64,000 bases of DNA from Gemmatimonadota bacterium (GTDB lineage: Bacteria > JBHIER01 > G020348925). A program made the translations under genes and the position numbers. This document shows positions 51,808-64,000 of the stretch, one piece after another (the stretch's first letter is position 1; each line of letters starts with the position of its first letter). Below the pieces are notes generated by a model. It made no database searches, was not told where the DNA came from, and was given only the letters and a program-made list of their open reading frames with translations. Location: assembly GCA_020348925.1 (NCBI GenBank), contig CP070758.1:1958030-2022029 (forward strand), given 5' to 3'.

Positions 51808-52084
51808 GAAATAGGGAACTGAGAATCCTGACAGCGCGGCCCTCTTCTTCGCTGCGCACCTTGTCCCCTTGGATCGACTGCCAGAAGGTTAAGAACATCG
51901 TGATAATGAACAGCGTAAATGTCAAGACATGTGTGGCCTTCCTCTTCCTTTCCGTCCGGCTCCAGCCATATTGTCCCATGATGCNNNNNNNNNNNNNNNN
52001 NNNNNNNNNNNNNNNNNNNNNNNNNNNNNNNNNNNNNNNNNNNNNNNNNNNNNNNNNNNNNNNNNNNNNNNNNNNNNNNNNNNN

Positions 52085-52253
52085 CAATTGTTCCGTGGGC
52101 ATCGATTTCAATGACTGGGTCAATGTCGTCGAGAAACAGGATCGGCGCATCGATGAGCTCACACAACGGCTGGAAAAGCTGGAGCGACTGGTCGAGGGAG
52201 GGTCAACGATTCCTCAAACGGAAGGGGCGACCGAACTCGGGCAGGCGAAGTAA
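52085..52253 (+). CDS. C-terminal coiled-coil fragment of a gene cut by the gap
   Basis: VVEKQDRRIDELTQRLEKLERLV heptad pattern. Confidence 0.5.
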
Positions 52254-52438
52254 TCACATTAAGTGGCTTGGCCAATGAAACCCAGCAATGCAAGACAACA
52301 TATGGAGTTCAATGACTAGTCATTGCAAGATATTGAAACGATGAATCGTTTCACTCCTAAGGAATCTGAAATGAATGTGAACTGCATCCAAAATACTTAC
52401 AAGAAGCAATGGACATACCCTGACAAGGAGAGGTGACG

Positions 52439-55400
52439 ATGAGCGGCAAACGAAAGAAATGGCGGTTCGTCGCTGACGCGCTTACCCTGCCGTCTCTGAC
52501 CATTGTGATATTGATGGTCCTGTTCCTCTGGCAAGGAACCGCAGAGGCTCAAGTTTCACAGGTCATCGGGACAGGGATCACGATCTCGGCAGGAAAAATT
52601 GTGAGCGAGATCAGCGGGGACTGGGAGAATTATGGGACATTCGAGCCGGGCACTGGTACGGTAATCTTTATAGGGAAGACGGAGCAACAGCTTACCAGTC
52701 CCTCCGGTGAGTCCTTCTATAATCTTACCGTCGAGAAGAAAAGGGAGGACCTGGTCCTCAACAACAGCATAACCGTTGAGGCTCTGCTCGAACTTCTCGA
52801 CGGCGACCTTGATCTCAATGGACAGGTCGTGACCCTCGGCACCAATGCCTGGCTCTCTGAAACCGATGGCAATACGGTGAAAGGGGAATCCGGGTATATC
52901 ACGGCAGAACGATATCTATCCCCTACTCTATTGTACGGTGGGATAAATGTTGCCGGTTTAGGATTTGAAATTCAAGATACCACATGGCAAGAATTGGGGA
53001 CCACTGTTATAAAACGGTTTCACAGCTCAGGTGCAACCGGACATCCCAGGCTGGATATCCGGCGATATTATGACGTTGTACCTCAGTTCAATAGTGGGTT
53101 GAATGCGACCCTCGTTTTTCACTATGACGATTCAGAGGTGAATATCGAGATGGAGTCGAATCTGGCCCTGATGCGCTCGGCGGACGGCGGCGCGAACTGG
53201 GAGTATCGATCGGGAACGGTACGGACCGATTCCAATGAGATCGCTCTGGAGGGGATCGAGGCTTTTTCATTGTGGGCCGCCAGTGCCGTGCCCCGTCCTT
53301 TCTGCGCCTCGGATGGTCTGTATGAAGATCATGTCGAGCTGATGTGGTCGAAACTGCCTCTGGAGAACATCCATTACCTGATCTACCGGATCTACCAGGA
53401 TGATGAGGAGTTGCTGGCCTGGGCATCCAGCGATGATGATACTTATTGTGACGAGACCGGCGAGCCCAATAAGGTGTACACCTACAAACTGGTGATGCAG
53501 GATGAGACCCTGCCTGTCACGGAGACCTTGCCCCTCACCGATGAGGGCAGCCGGATTGTCTTCCCCCCGGAGGACGTGCATGCCAGCGACGGACTGTATG
53601 ATGACAAGATTCAGGTCCGCTGGACCGACATCTCCTTAGTCGAGGGCGGATATTACATTCGTAGGGATGAAACACCGCTTGACACCGTAGGTGCAGATGA
53701 GCAAGTGTACGATGATATGTCAGCCGTGGCTGGTGACACCTTTTCCTATGAGGTCATCACCTTTACAACCTTCAATGGGTCGGAATATACATCCGCGGTG
53801 AATGAAGACCAGAGGGATGATGGAGTTCGCGGGTATATCCTGCCGCCGCTGGGCGTGTTGGCTTCCGACGGCCAGTATCCGGACAAGGTGGTCATCACCT
53901 GGAAGGATCAGACGGACCGGGAGTGGAGCTACAGGATTTACCGGGACGGAGCGTTGTTGGATACAACGGCGGCCGATGACTCGACGTATACGGATGTCGG
54001 GCCGGCGCCGGGCTCCTATACGTATTGCGTCGCGACCCTGGATTCACTCGGCCGCGAATCGTCTCATGCATGCGACCAGGGCGGCATCGACATCCTGCCG
54101 CCGCCGGCAAACGTGCAGGCCTCGGACAGTATCTACGACGACAAGATCGAAATCACCTGGGAGCTGGGATCCACGCTCCAGGACGGCTTCGTCATTACCC
54201 GCGACGGCGGTGTACTGGACACTGCAATGGCTCAGGCCGTTTCCTATAATGATTTCACGGTCACTCCGGATCAGATGCATACATATTGCGTTCAGGCGTA
54301 CAGCGATTCCGGCGGTGTCTCGACCATTGAATGCGACGACGGTTTCCGTGTCAACGTCACGACGCCCACCGACGTTGAGGCGACCGACGGTGACTTTGAA
54401 GACCGCGTCGAGATCACCTGGGAAAGCAACTCGACGACCGTCATTCTCTTCGATGTTTACAGGAATACAACTCTGGTAAAGAGCGTCACCGGGGAAGGCC
54501 GGTTCTGCAGCGATTACGGCGGCACGGCCGGTAAAAAATACGAATACAATGTCATCGCCAGGACGGTCCTGGGCCTTGTATCGGAGGCTGCCGCCGATTC
54601 TGGCCACCGGGAGCTTGAGGCGCCCTCACGGTTTCAGGCCAGTGACGACGCCTATGAAGATAAAATCCTCATTACCTGGGCGGACAATTGCCAGGTGGAG
54701 AATGGGTACCAGATTTTCCGGCGGGATACCACCGAAACCGATTCGGTCTTGATCGTCGAGACGACATCCAACCGGACCTCGTTTCTCGACGAGACGTCGG
54801 TTCCGGGCACCACCTATGTGTACAGCATCGCCGCATTCGATACCCGTGGTGAAGAGCTGGGGACATCGATATTCATGGCTGACATAGGTCGTAGGGTGCT
54901 CAACCCCCCCACCAACGTGCAGGCCACCGATGGTGCCTATGAGGACCGGGTTGTCGTTACTTGGGATGACAACTCAAAAGCTGAAGAGGGCTATTACATC
55001 TATCGAGACGGCGCAAAGATCGATTCGACCGAGGATAATACCTCGTCCTTCACCGACGAAGATCCTGCTTTCGGGATTGTGCATACATACAGAATTGAGG
55101 CCTTCGATGACTACGGCCAGTCCCAGTCGGCCTCCGATCAGGGCCATACGACCATCCTGCCGCCCCGCTCGGTCAACGCCTCGGAAGTCTATCAAGGCTC
55201 GGTGGTCATCACCTGGATTGATGAGTCCTATATCGAACAGGGCTATAAAATCCTTCGTGACGGGATAGAGATAGATGAAACGGAACCCAACATCGCCATT
55301 TACACTGACACCCCCCCCACCAACGGCGTGGAATATGACTATTGTGTCCGGTCGTTCAAGGATGCGGCTCTTTCGGATTTGATCTGCGATATCGGCATCA

Positions 55401-58400
55401 GCCTGACCGGTGGTGTTGATGAGCCTCTGTTGGCTGATACTGTCGAGGCCTCTGATGCCGCCTACGCCAACCGTGTTCAAATCAGGTGGAAGGAGAATCC
55501 ATCGTTTGTAGAAGACGGATTCAACATCTATCGCAATGGCATGCTCATCGAGCAGACGGGTGTCGATGTCAACTCCTACGACGATTACGAGGCCAGGCCC
55601 GGACAGGTGTTCCTGTACTGCGTGACTGCGTTCACCGATGCCGGTGCCACTTCGGATATTGGCTGCGACTACGGTTGGCGGCCGCCTGACGGCAATATCA
55701 CCGGTCGCATCAACACCTACGCCGGTGCCGGAGTGACGGATATCGCCGTGTGCCTCGAGCCCGTGCCGAACATGGCGCTGCTGTTTGACGGCGTCGGGAG
55801 TCACGTGCGCGTTGATACTGCAACCGTGCCCCGTCACGCCTTTACCATCGAGTTCTGGATGAAAACCAGCGACACCGAAAACCAGGGTACGCCTTTCTCA
55901 TACGCTGTTCCCGGGCAGAGCAATATGATTCTAATTACCGATTATAAAGATCTCGAGGTACATGTCAACGGAACCGACAGAGGCACTTCTGTGACGCTCA
56001 ACGACGGTCAATGGCATCACATTGCCTTCACCTGGCGCAAAACCGATGGTCGGGTCGAGCTGTACAAGGACGGGACACGGGCCTATTGGGACACTGGTGT
56101 GGCTACCGGTTTTCCCATCCCCTCTGGGGGGGTGCTGATCCTCGGGCAGAATCAGGATACTTTAGGGGGAGGATTCCAAGAGCAACAAGCCTTCCGCGGC
56201 CAGATGGACGAGGTGCACATCTGGAACCATGTGCGTGAAGCGGGTGAGATCGTGGCTTCAATGACCCAGGCGCTCACTGGCCAGGAGGAGGGCCTGGTGG
56301 GATACTGGCCGCTGGACGGGGATGGCGAGAATGTGACCGCCGACCTGACCGGAAACGCCAATTACGGACGATTCGGCGGCGGGCTGTACTGGACGGACGA
56401 GAGCGCTCCGCTGGAGGTCTGCGCCACCACCGATCTGGAGGGCAATTACACCCTGGCGAGGATCCGCTACGGGAAAGAGACCACCTTCAAGGTCACGCCC
56501 TCCACCGAGGGCGGGCGCCGGTTTGAGCCAGCGTATAAAGCGATCACCCTGAGCACGGGCAATCCCGTGCAGAACGAGGTCGGTTTCATCGACGTTACTG
56601 CCTTCACCGTTTCCGGCTATGTCAAGTTCAGGGAATTCAGCGGCATTTCCCACACTTGCTTTGCCGAGGGAGTGGAGATCCTGGTGGACGGCGACGTCCG
56701 GGGCGTCACGGACATCAACGGGGAGTATTCGATTTCGCTGGAGCTTGGCCAGCACACCATACAGCCGAGATTGGGCGACCACACCTTCGATCCACCCCAG
56801 ATTGTCATACTGGTCGAGGCCGATGTGGGTGGGAAGAATTTCCTGGACACCACCACCCGCGAGCTGTGCGGCCGCGTGGGCGGCAGTTGTAACAAATCCA
56901 TCGGGACACTGACCCTCGAATTCACGAGCGAGAACGGCTGCCTGCAGACGGAATTGGAGACGAACGGCTATTACAACGTCCCGCTGCCGCCTCAGAAATA
57001 TCTGGCGCGGGTTCTCGGTGTCGGGCAGGATTGCCCTATCAGCAGGAGCGGTGTCATCGCCTTCTTTGAGAATCTCGGGCAGCGCGAGGTCGATCTGACC
57101 GAGGCCGATACCACCCTGAACTTCATCTACAGGGCACCTCTGCAGGTGGTGCTTGAAGGTTTCGAGGAGTTTATAGATGATTGTACGCAGTTGACCTTTC
57201 AGGGGAGACCCCTGCCCAATGTCCCGGTCCTGAGGCAGCTCGAAGATCGGGTTGCCCTCAACATCATTGTCTCTGAGTATTACGGGTCCGAAGGGACATG
57301 CCCGGCGGACACGGGTACGGTGACCATCTATGACGAGATATCGGATCAGGAGAGCACCCCCCTTGTCCTGGGAATCTCACAGGGCAAAGTTCACTATACG
57401 ACTGTCGGAACGACACCCAGCCTCATCGATGGCCGGGTGGATGCCAAGGGAACAGACCGGTCCTTTCAGAAGGCCCTGACGATAGTGGCTGAGGTGGAGG
57501 GCCTCGCTCCGGTGATGATCATCCAATGGGTGATCGTGGAGGGCCACGTGGCCGCCGAGGGCAGTAAATTTATTTCCGCCGCTACGCCGGACCAGGTTCT
57601 GTACATTTTACGGGATCCGCCGGGGGACGGCTCATATTCCTGTCTCGAAGAAGGACGCTCTGTATGTACGACCATCGATTACGATATTGAGGTCACGGGT
57701 GGCAATATTGGCAGAAAAACTGAGGCGAAATTTGGCGTAGAAAAGGAGTTTTTCGTTGGGCTTGGTGCCGGTACCAGCATCAAAATGTCGGCCCAGACAA
57801 CCGTGAACACAGAACTCAGCTTAGGCCTCAATGTCGAAAAGGACAGAAGAACACGGGTCTGTTTGACGACGACGGAACGCTATTCCACGTCTGCCAGCCC
57901 CGATTTCGTGGGAGAGGACGCAGACGTGTTCATCGGGGCGGCCATGAACTTTATCTTCTCCGAGGTCAGGTCCATTGAAGTCCAAAACTGCCAGGTCAAA
58001 AAGTCGAAAGCTGTGGGATTCCAACCCAACGGCTTTAAAACCACTTTCGCTTACACCCAGGGCTATGTCGAGCAGACTCTCATCCCGCAGCTTGATTCTC
58101 TCAGAGCCTACTACCAGCGAAACGGTGTTCAGGATTCGGTCCTTATGTACACCACATTCCGGAACAACTGGCAGGATATTCTGGGGGAGAACAGCCGCCT
58201 CAAGCGGGAAGCGGAGCTTGAGGAGAACCGTTCCTTCAGTGCCGGTGCGGACTACTTCTACTCCTTTGCCAGTAGTACGACCGAGTCTTTTTCCCAGAAA
58301 ACTACTTTTTTTCTTGATAGCGGAATCGAGATTGGATTTGGAGCCGGAATAGAAGGTGTTGAAACGTCGGTATCCACTCCCATAAACATCCATCATGAGA

Positions 58401-60855
58401 ATGTCTTATATTATGAGGAAGGAGAAGAAGTACAAACGGTCACCGTCGGGTATGCACTCAGTGATGATGACCCAGGCGACGATTTCACTGTCGATGTCAA
58501 GTATGATGAGCGGTTTCCCACGCCTGTCTTCGACGTTCTGGCGGGCAAAAGCTCCTGTCCCTATGAGCCCTGGCCCGATCCTGGAACAGGTGACTCCAGA
58601 ATGACGCCGCGTGATATTCTTGATCTGAACATTGTCTGTAATGAGGACGTTTACTGCGGTAATAGATGTGTGCCACCGACACAATTAGCCGTCTTCACGT
58701 TGACCCTGTCGAATGGGAACGAGACAGAGGGGCGAACGTACGTCTTGAGCTCGATCACGACCTCCAATCCCCACGGGGCCATTCTCAGGGCCAACGGGGT
58801 AGCCCTTGCCGGCGGCGGCATATCCTTTGACATGGCTGAGGACCAGGCACAGGAAGTGACCCTGACGGTGGAGCGCGGCCCGACCCGGTATTACTACGAG
58901 AATCTGAAGGTGAAGCTGGCTTCGGCGTGCGATGGTAGCCGAGCCGTGACAAAGCCGTTCACCGTGGAATACTATGCGCCATGCAGTGACGTCACCCTCC
59001 AACTGCCCGACTTTGTGGGGAAATTCACTGGTTGGAGCTTCAATTGTGCTGATTGGGATTCAGGCAAGACGATCGAGCTGGTCCTGTCCAACTACGAGCT
59101 GCGAATCAGTGAGGATGAATACATCATGGCGATTGGTGCAGAATATCGGAGCTTGGGTGTGGGGCTCCAGGGTCCGAGTCCGTGGACGCTGATAGAAAAA
59201 ATAGACTGTGGAACCAACTGTACAAATTTAGACAGTGTCGAAGAGAGTCTCTTCTTTGATATCGTCTCGTGTGACTTGGATGACGGTGTGTACGAAGTGC
59301 GGGCCTATACCGTGTGCGATAATGGGAGAGGGTACTCGTCCATCGCTTTGGGGACCATCGACACAAAACTGCCCCAGGTCCTCGGCACGCCCCAGCCGGC
59401 CGACGGTATCCTTGCCCACGGCGAGGATATCTCCATCACCTTTAACGAGCCGATCCTGTGCAGTTCGATTGATGCGGATGATATCAAATTGACCTTTGCT
59501 GTCAGTAGTGATACTGTTTCGGGATTCAGTGCCATCAATAATACGGTCTGTGACGGCCGCACCATTGTGATAAAGCCTATCAATTACACTTTCCTTGAAG
59601 ATAGCCTGATGACAGTCTATGTGAGCGGCATCGCGGACCTGGTGGGTAATGAGATGGCAAGTGAGGTGAGCTGGACCTTCACGGTCAACCGGAATCAGTT
59701 CGCCTGGAGCCAGGCCTCTGTCAATGATACGGTGGCGTTCGGCAGCTCGGGGAGTTTCACCAATACGCTGGTCAACGGCAGCTCGAATCAGGTCACGTAT
59801 ACACTCGCCTCGACCTGGCTCGAAGGAGACCCCTCTGGAGGTACTTTGAATGCGTACGGAGGGACTCAGAAGATCGTGTTCTCCTGGCCGGACGACCTGG
59901 CGAAAGATCTAACTTATACAGACGCTTGCACAGCCTTCGGTAATGGGGGCATAGTCAAGACAGCTTTTGCCTGCACCCTCACCGTTGTGTGTGTGCCGCC
60001 AAGATGGAGCATAAGGCCGGAAGACTTTGAACACAGTATGAACATCACGGCCGAGGTTTCAATGGGCGGTGATCTTTCAGATGATCCGAACGATATGGTT
60101 GCGGCCTTTGTGGGCGATGAGATTCGCGGCGTCGCGCATGTTGAAGAAGTGAGTGTGGGCGGTTCGAATAAGTTCCTGGCGTTTCTCACCGTCTTCAGCA
60201 ACCTCTCCATCGGCGAGATAGTCCGCTTCCAGGTGTGGGACAATGACGAGTGCAGACTCTATCCGACCACATGGGAGACCTTCCGTTTTGAGGCCTACCG
60301 GAGCTACGGTACCCCGGACAAAGCGGAGGTACTGCAAGCCTACGAGCCAACCGATATAACGGGACAGTCCATCGTCTTCAACGATGGGTGGACCTGGTTC
60401 TCCACGTACATCGATGCCATAGACATGTCCACCGTGGGCGTATTTTCAGGTCTGAATCCCGCGGAGGGCGACCTGGTCAAATCCCAGAGCCAGTTCAGCC
60501 AGTTTGACCTTAGTGCCGGCTGGGTCGGCACCCTTCTCGAGCTGGACAACATCTCCGGCTACATGGCCAGGCTCGCCACCGGAGGTACGCTGCTTCTCGA
60601 GGGTGAACCGGTGAGCCAGACCACACCGATTCCTATCAAAAACTATTGGAACTGGATCAGCTATCTGCCCCAAGATATAATGGACGTGGCGATTGCCCTG
60701 GACAGCTTGACAGTACATACGATCGCAAAGGATGGCGATGTGATCAAGAGCCAGTATGAATTCGCTCAGTATGTGGAAGCGGACGGAAAATGGATCGGCA
60801 GTCTGAAGATGATGGAGCCGGGTCTCGGGTACAAGCTCTACCTCAGTAAACCGGA
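52439..60855 (+). CDS. Giant secreted protein (>2800 aa): nine FN3-like repeats, LamG/pentraxin domain, Ig-like domains (3' truncated by gap)
   Basis: Signal peptide ending AEA|Q; nine repeats of AS/TD..Y.D.V.I.W; FTIEFWMK...WHHIAFTW...ILGQNQD...FRGQMDEVHIWN; Big_5-like TFNEPI...IADLVGN. Confidence 0.9.
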
Positions 60856-60955
60856 NNNNNNNNNNNNNNNNNNNNNNNNNNNNNNNNNNNNNNNNNNNNN
60901 NNNNNNNNNNNNNNNNNNNNNNNNNNNNNNNNNNNNNNNNNNNNNNNNNNNNNNN

Positions 60956-62532
60956 AACAGGGCGTCGGCCTCATCGAAGAGCAGGATGGCTCCACCCATC
61001 GCTGCCGCGTCGAATACCTTGCGCAGGTTTTTCTCTGTCTCGCCGATGTATTTACTTACCACCTGGCTCAGGTCAATGTGATACAGATCCAGACGCAGTT
61101 CGTTGGCCAGTACTTCGGCAGCCATGGTCTTGCCCGTGCCACTGACCCCTGTGAACAAAGCGCTGATGCCCAGACCACGCGAACTCTTGGCCGCAAATCC
61201 CCACGCCTCGTAAACCTTCATGCGTTGGCGGACATGTACCGCGATCTCCCGCAGAATCTTCATCTGGGGTTTAGGTAACACCAGATCATCCCACACAGCT
61301 ACCGGCTCCATGCGCCGGGCCAGATTCTCCAGGCGCGGTCGTGCCTGGACCCGGCTGACATCCCAGAGTAATGTTCCAAGGTCAGAGGGCGAATCCACGG
61401 TGGGCTTATCATCATCTTTCACTTTGTTCAAAACCTCGGCACAGACGGCGTGAATAGTCTGTGCATCCATTCTGAATTGGGAGACCAGTACATCTACCCC
61501 TCCATCCAGACGGATTGCTTCCGAATCCAGGGCACTCTGCCAGAGCAGACGTTGTTCCCCGGCCGTGGGTTTATCCACTTCCAGAGTAATCATAGGACGG
61601 TGGAAACCAGATCGCCGTTCCCGGCCTGCTACGATGAGGGCGCTTCGCGTTCCTTCGACCAATTGTCCGATGGCGTTCTCCCGGGCCGGGTCACTTGTAT
61701 CCGTTTCCCCACAATCAACGAGCAGTGCACTGGCGCTCAGAGCCGATTCACGGTCCCACAACCGCATCAAGGCCTCCTGCTCGCGGGGATCAAGGGGGAT
61801 CACATAAGCAGGCATTACGTACACATTGAGACCGAGGGTAACGCAGGCAGCCGCAGCGATGGCCCGCAGGCTGGGACTCTCATCACCGCACAATTGCACG
61901 AGAGGCAATGGTTTCTTACCCGCTGCCCGGGTCCACGTTGCGGCAAGCCTCTCCGCCAGCGCACCATGAGACGATGCCAATTCATCCGTACCCTGTAGCG
62001 GCTCGACAAAACCTACTAACCGCTCGTCCAGGTGCTGAATACCTGTGAGGTAATGCAACACGCGCTCATCTATTCTGATTGGACTCCGGGTGATTCCTCC
62101 CTCAACTCCTACCTCGACGAGGCGCCAGTGGCGCAAAGGGCCGGCGGGTGTGATGGCGCTCCAGTGCGGTTCCGGCAAGGCTGCCAGCGCCAGGTTAAAG
62201 GTAGGATAGGTTCGTCTTGGGTCCTTCTGGACTTCGGCACAGAGCATCCCAAGGGAAGCATCCAGTTCCACACCCGCACATAGCAGGAGCACATTCCGCT
62301 CAAAGGGCGACAGTCCGAACATATTACATAGGATTTCCAGTGCCGGTGGTGAAGACATAGCTGCGGATAATTCCTGGAGGTCTTGTTGTTTCGACCCGGC
62401 TGGTTCAACAGCCACTGACGTATCCCGGGAAGACACCGCCTGTTGCTCCAACACCTGACGCACTTCGGCCAGGGCCGCCATCAGGTGGCGTTGATTGGCC
62501 TTGTTCCAGTCGTTTGTCGGTCTATTGCTCAT
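60956..62532 (-). CDS. AAA+ ATPase of extracellular contractile injection system (Afp15/Pvc15-like), 3' truncated by gap
   Basis: WDDLVLP, GVSGTGKT, VVSKYIGETEKNL, LLFDEADAL; N-terminal winged-helix region (FGLSPFE, PLRHWRLV). Confidence 0.88.
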
Positions 62533-63743
62533 GGGATCGTTACCGTCGGTCCAAAATGTGAGCTTGCTGGATCCAAGTCTATGGGACTTTCAGCGCCGTC
62601 TACCTGTAATCGTACGAAGTACTCTGCGGATTTGACGCCGCTGATTGGAATCTGGATCGAGCCGGTGTCCGCCGTGCGCGTGGGTGCAACAAAGGAGTAG
62701 GCAGCAGGTTCAGTCGTTGACCGCTCATTGAGGAGTAAGACCACTCGTTGCTCCTTACCGACATCAGGATCCACTTGCAGGGAAACCTCAGTGCTCGAAG
62801 CACTGATTGAAGTAATCGTCGGGTGCAGGACGAAGGCCGCCACATTCGATTCCACGCCGCGATGTTCAACCGGCGGTGTACCCATCAACATCTTCTGAAC
62901 AACCTGTACACCGTGCACGCCTGCTCGCAGCACGTCAGCAGGAAGTGGAGGTGAGGCAAGCTGCAAGCTGATCCGTGTATCGCTCACTTCTTGAGGTGTT
63001 ACCTCTTCACCGAAGATCAAAATCCGTGTAACGTCGCCTTTCAACTGTCTGCCCTGAATAATCAGCGTACTGCCTGCCACCACTGGCTGTCTCTCCCCTG
63101 CCTGGGGAAAAACCCGTTCGATGACCGGCCGGCGAAAAGGAACGACGTAGAGATTGCGGTCGAGCACAGGCAGCGGTGTTTGAGGCGTCACCTCGCTCTC
63201 TATCAAGACAACGGTTCCCTGATAAGAGACCGATAGAACATACGGTGTTTGGAAGAATACCGACCACAGCTTGGACAGTTCTTCAAGAGAGAAGGGGATG
63301 GGCGCAAACTTGATCAGCTCGACCTCGTCAGCGAGGTTCGATCCTGCCAGGAAGGTTAGGCTGGCTACCGTATTTTGAATCATTTGTCTTGTGAGAATCG
63401 GTCGGGCATGCAACGTTCGGACAACGCTTCCCAGCAGGCGCTGCGGCTCCAATTCCTCCTCAATACCACTGAAGGTGAGCAGATAGTGAAGGTCCAGGGC
63501 TACTTGCGGGCGCTGCATGAGCCCTCCCTCGGAGCCGCGGGTGGGTAAATCCGAGTTGCGCCAGGCGGCATTGGGTGTAACCTGATATAGAAAAACATTT
63601 ACTCCTGTGGCCGGTGTGTCGTTTCCCAATTCGTTTGGTGAAACTGTTGTAACCTGTGCACCAGATACATCTACGCTCACAACCGCCTCCAATAGCTGAC
63701 GAAGCGTCGCGGTCACGGTAGCAATGGCCAGAAAATTGCTCAT
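62529..63743 (-). CDS. DUF4255/Pvc16-like tail-terminator protein with C-terminal Ig/IPT-like domains
   Basis: MSNFLAIATVTATL, VNVFLYQV, LDLHYLLT, EELSKLWS, SVSY. Confidence 0.85.
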   Translation of the reverse strand: MSNFLAIATVTATLRQLLEAVVSVDVSGAQVTTVSPNELGNDTPATGVNVFLYQVTPNAAWRNSDLPTRGSEGGLMQRPQVALDLHYLLTFSGIEEELEPQRLLGSVVRTLHARPILTRQMIQNTVASLTFLAGSNLADEVELIKFAPIPFSLEELSKLWSVFFQTPYVLSVSYQGTVVLIESEVTPQTPLPVLDRNLYVVPFRRPVIERVFPQAGERQPVVAGSTLIIQGRQLKGDVTRILIFGEEVTPQEVSDTRISLQLASPPLPADVLRAGVHGVQVVQKMLMGTPPVEHRGVESNVAAFVLHPTITSISASSTEVSLQVDPDVGKEQRVVLLLNERSTTEPAAYSFVAPTRTADTGSIQIPISGVKSAEYFVRLQVDGAESPIDLDPASSHFGPTVTIP

Positions 63744-64000
63744 CGCTCTCCCCTCTTGCGTTGGTTCAAGTACTCACCCAGAGACAGCGTTGGTCGAGGA
63801 TGAGGATGTATTTCCCTGCGCTTCGGTTGTACAGGTTGAGAAATAGCTCTTACTTCGACGCGGCCGATGGTGACTTGAAGGGCAGGTTGCGTATCAGATG
63901 GTTCTTCATTGGGAATATGTTCAACGCATTCCATTGGACCGATGATATGAGGCTGGACAACGATATTTGCGGAATTCGCTATATCTTGTAAAGGGATCAC
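63740..64000 (-). CDS. Hypothetical eCIS-associated protein, C-terminal part (5' outside window)
   Basis: VTIGRVEVRA...LSLGEYL end, recalled from genes preceding DUF4255; 4-nt overlap with it. Confidence 0.6.
   Translation of the reverse strand: MIPLQDIANSANIVVQPHIIGPMECVEHIPNEEPSDTQPALQVTIGRVEVRAISQPVQPKRREIHPHPRPTLSLGEYLNQRKRGER

Noticed and set aside
52439-64000. Giant protein as cargo or tail fibre of the neighbouring eCIS
   Set aside because: Separated by an N gap, on opposite strands, and the giant protein has a Sec signal peptide; adjacency is not evidence

Overview
This bacterial window is seven contigs joined by six 100-N gaps (16308-16407, 26212-26311, 30436-30535, 34733-34832, 51985-52084, 60856-60955), so linkage across gaps is unproven. 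The organism is probably an anaerobic FCB-associated lineage (Calditrichota/KSB1/Zixibacteria-like). That is an inference from the many 'QNYPNPFNP' C-terminal sorting domains and the gene content. Contig 1 holds a housekeeping run (porB end, pgsA, pgpA, cinA, thpR, recA, recX, alaS, GGGP synthase, gmhA, sigma54 activator, degP), then a c-di-GMP-I riboswitch upstream of a Cys-rich PKD surface protein. Contig 2 holds a tandem array of four paralogous secreted proteins sharing an unrecognised ~250-aa domain, the fourth carrying cohesin/dockerin-like modules. Contig 3 holds deoC, PBP1A, a highly structured ~320-nt unannotated intergenic segment (candidate ncRNA), and an rRNA promoter with the 5' part of 16S. 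Contig 4 is a defence fragment (type I HsdR, AlbA/Schlafen-HATPase-HTH). Contig 5 holds an ABC transporter - EgtD-type methyltransferase - molybdopterin/cysteine desulfurase fusion operon (oxygen-independent, MES-type ergothioneine synthesis), plus accessory genes, a pseudogene and an attC-like relic. Contig 6 is a >2800-aa FN3/LamG secreted protein. Contig 7 is the end of an extracellular contractile injection system (DUF4255 plus AAA ATPase). All calls come from reading the sequence; no searches were run.
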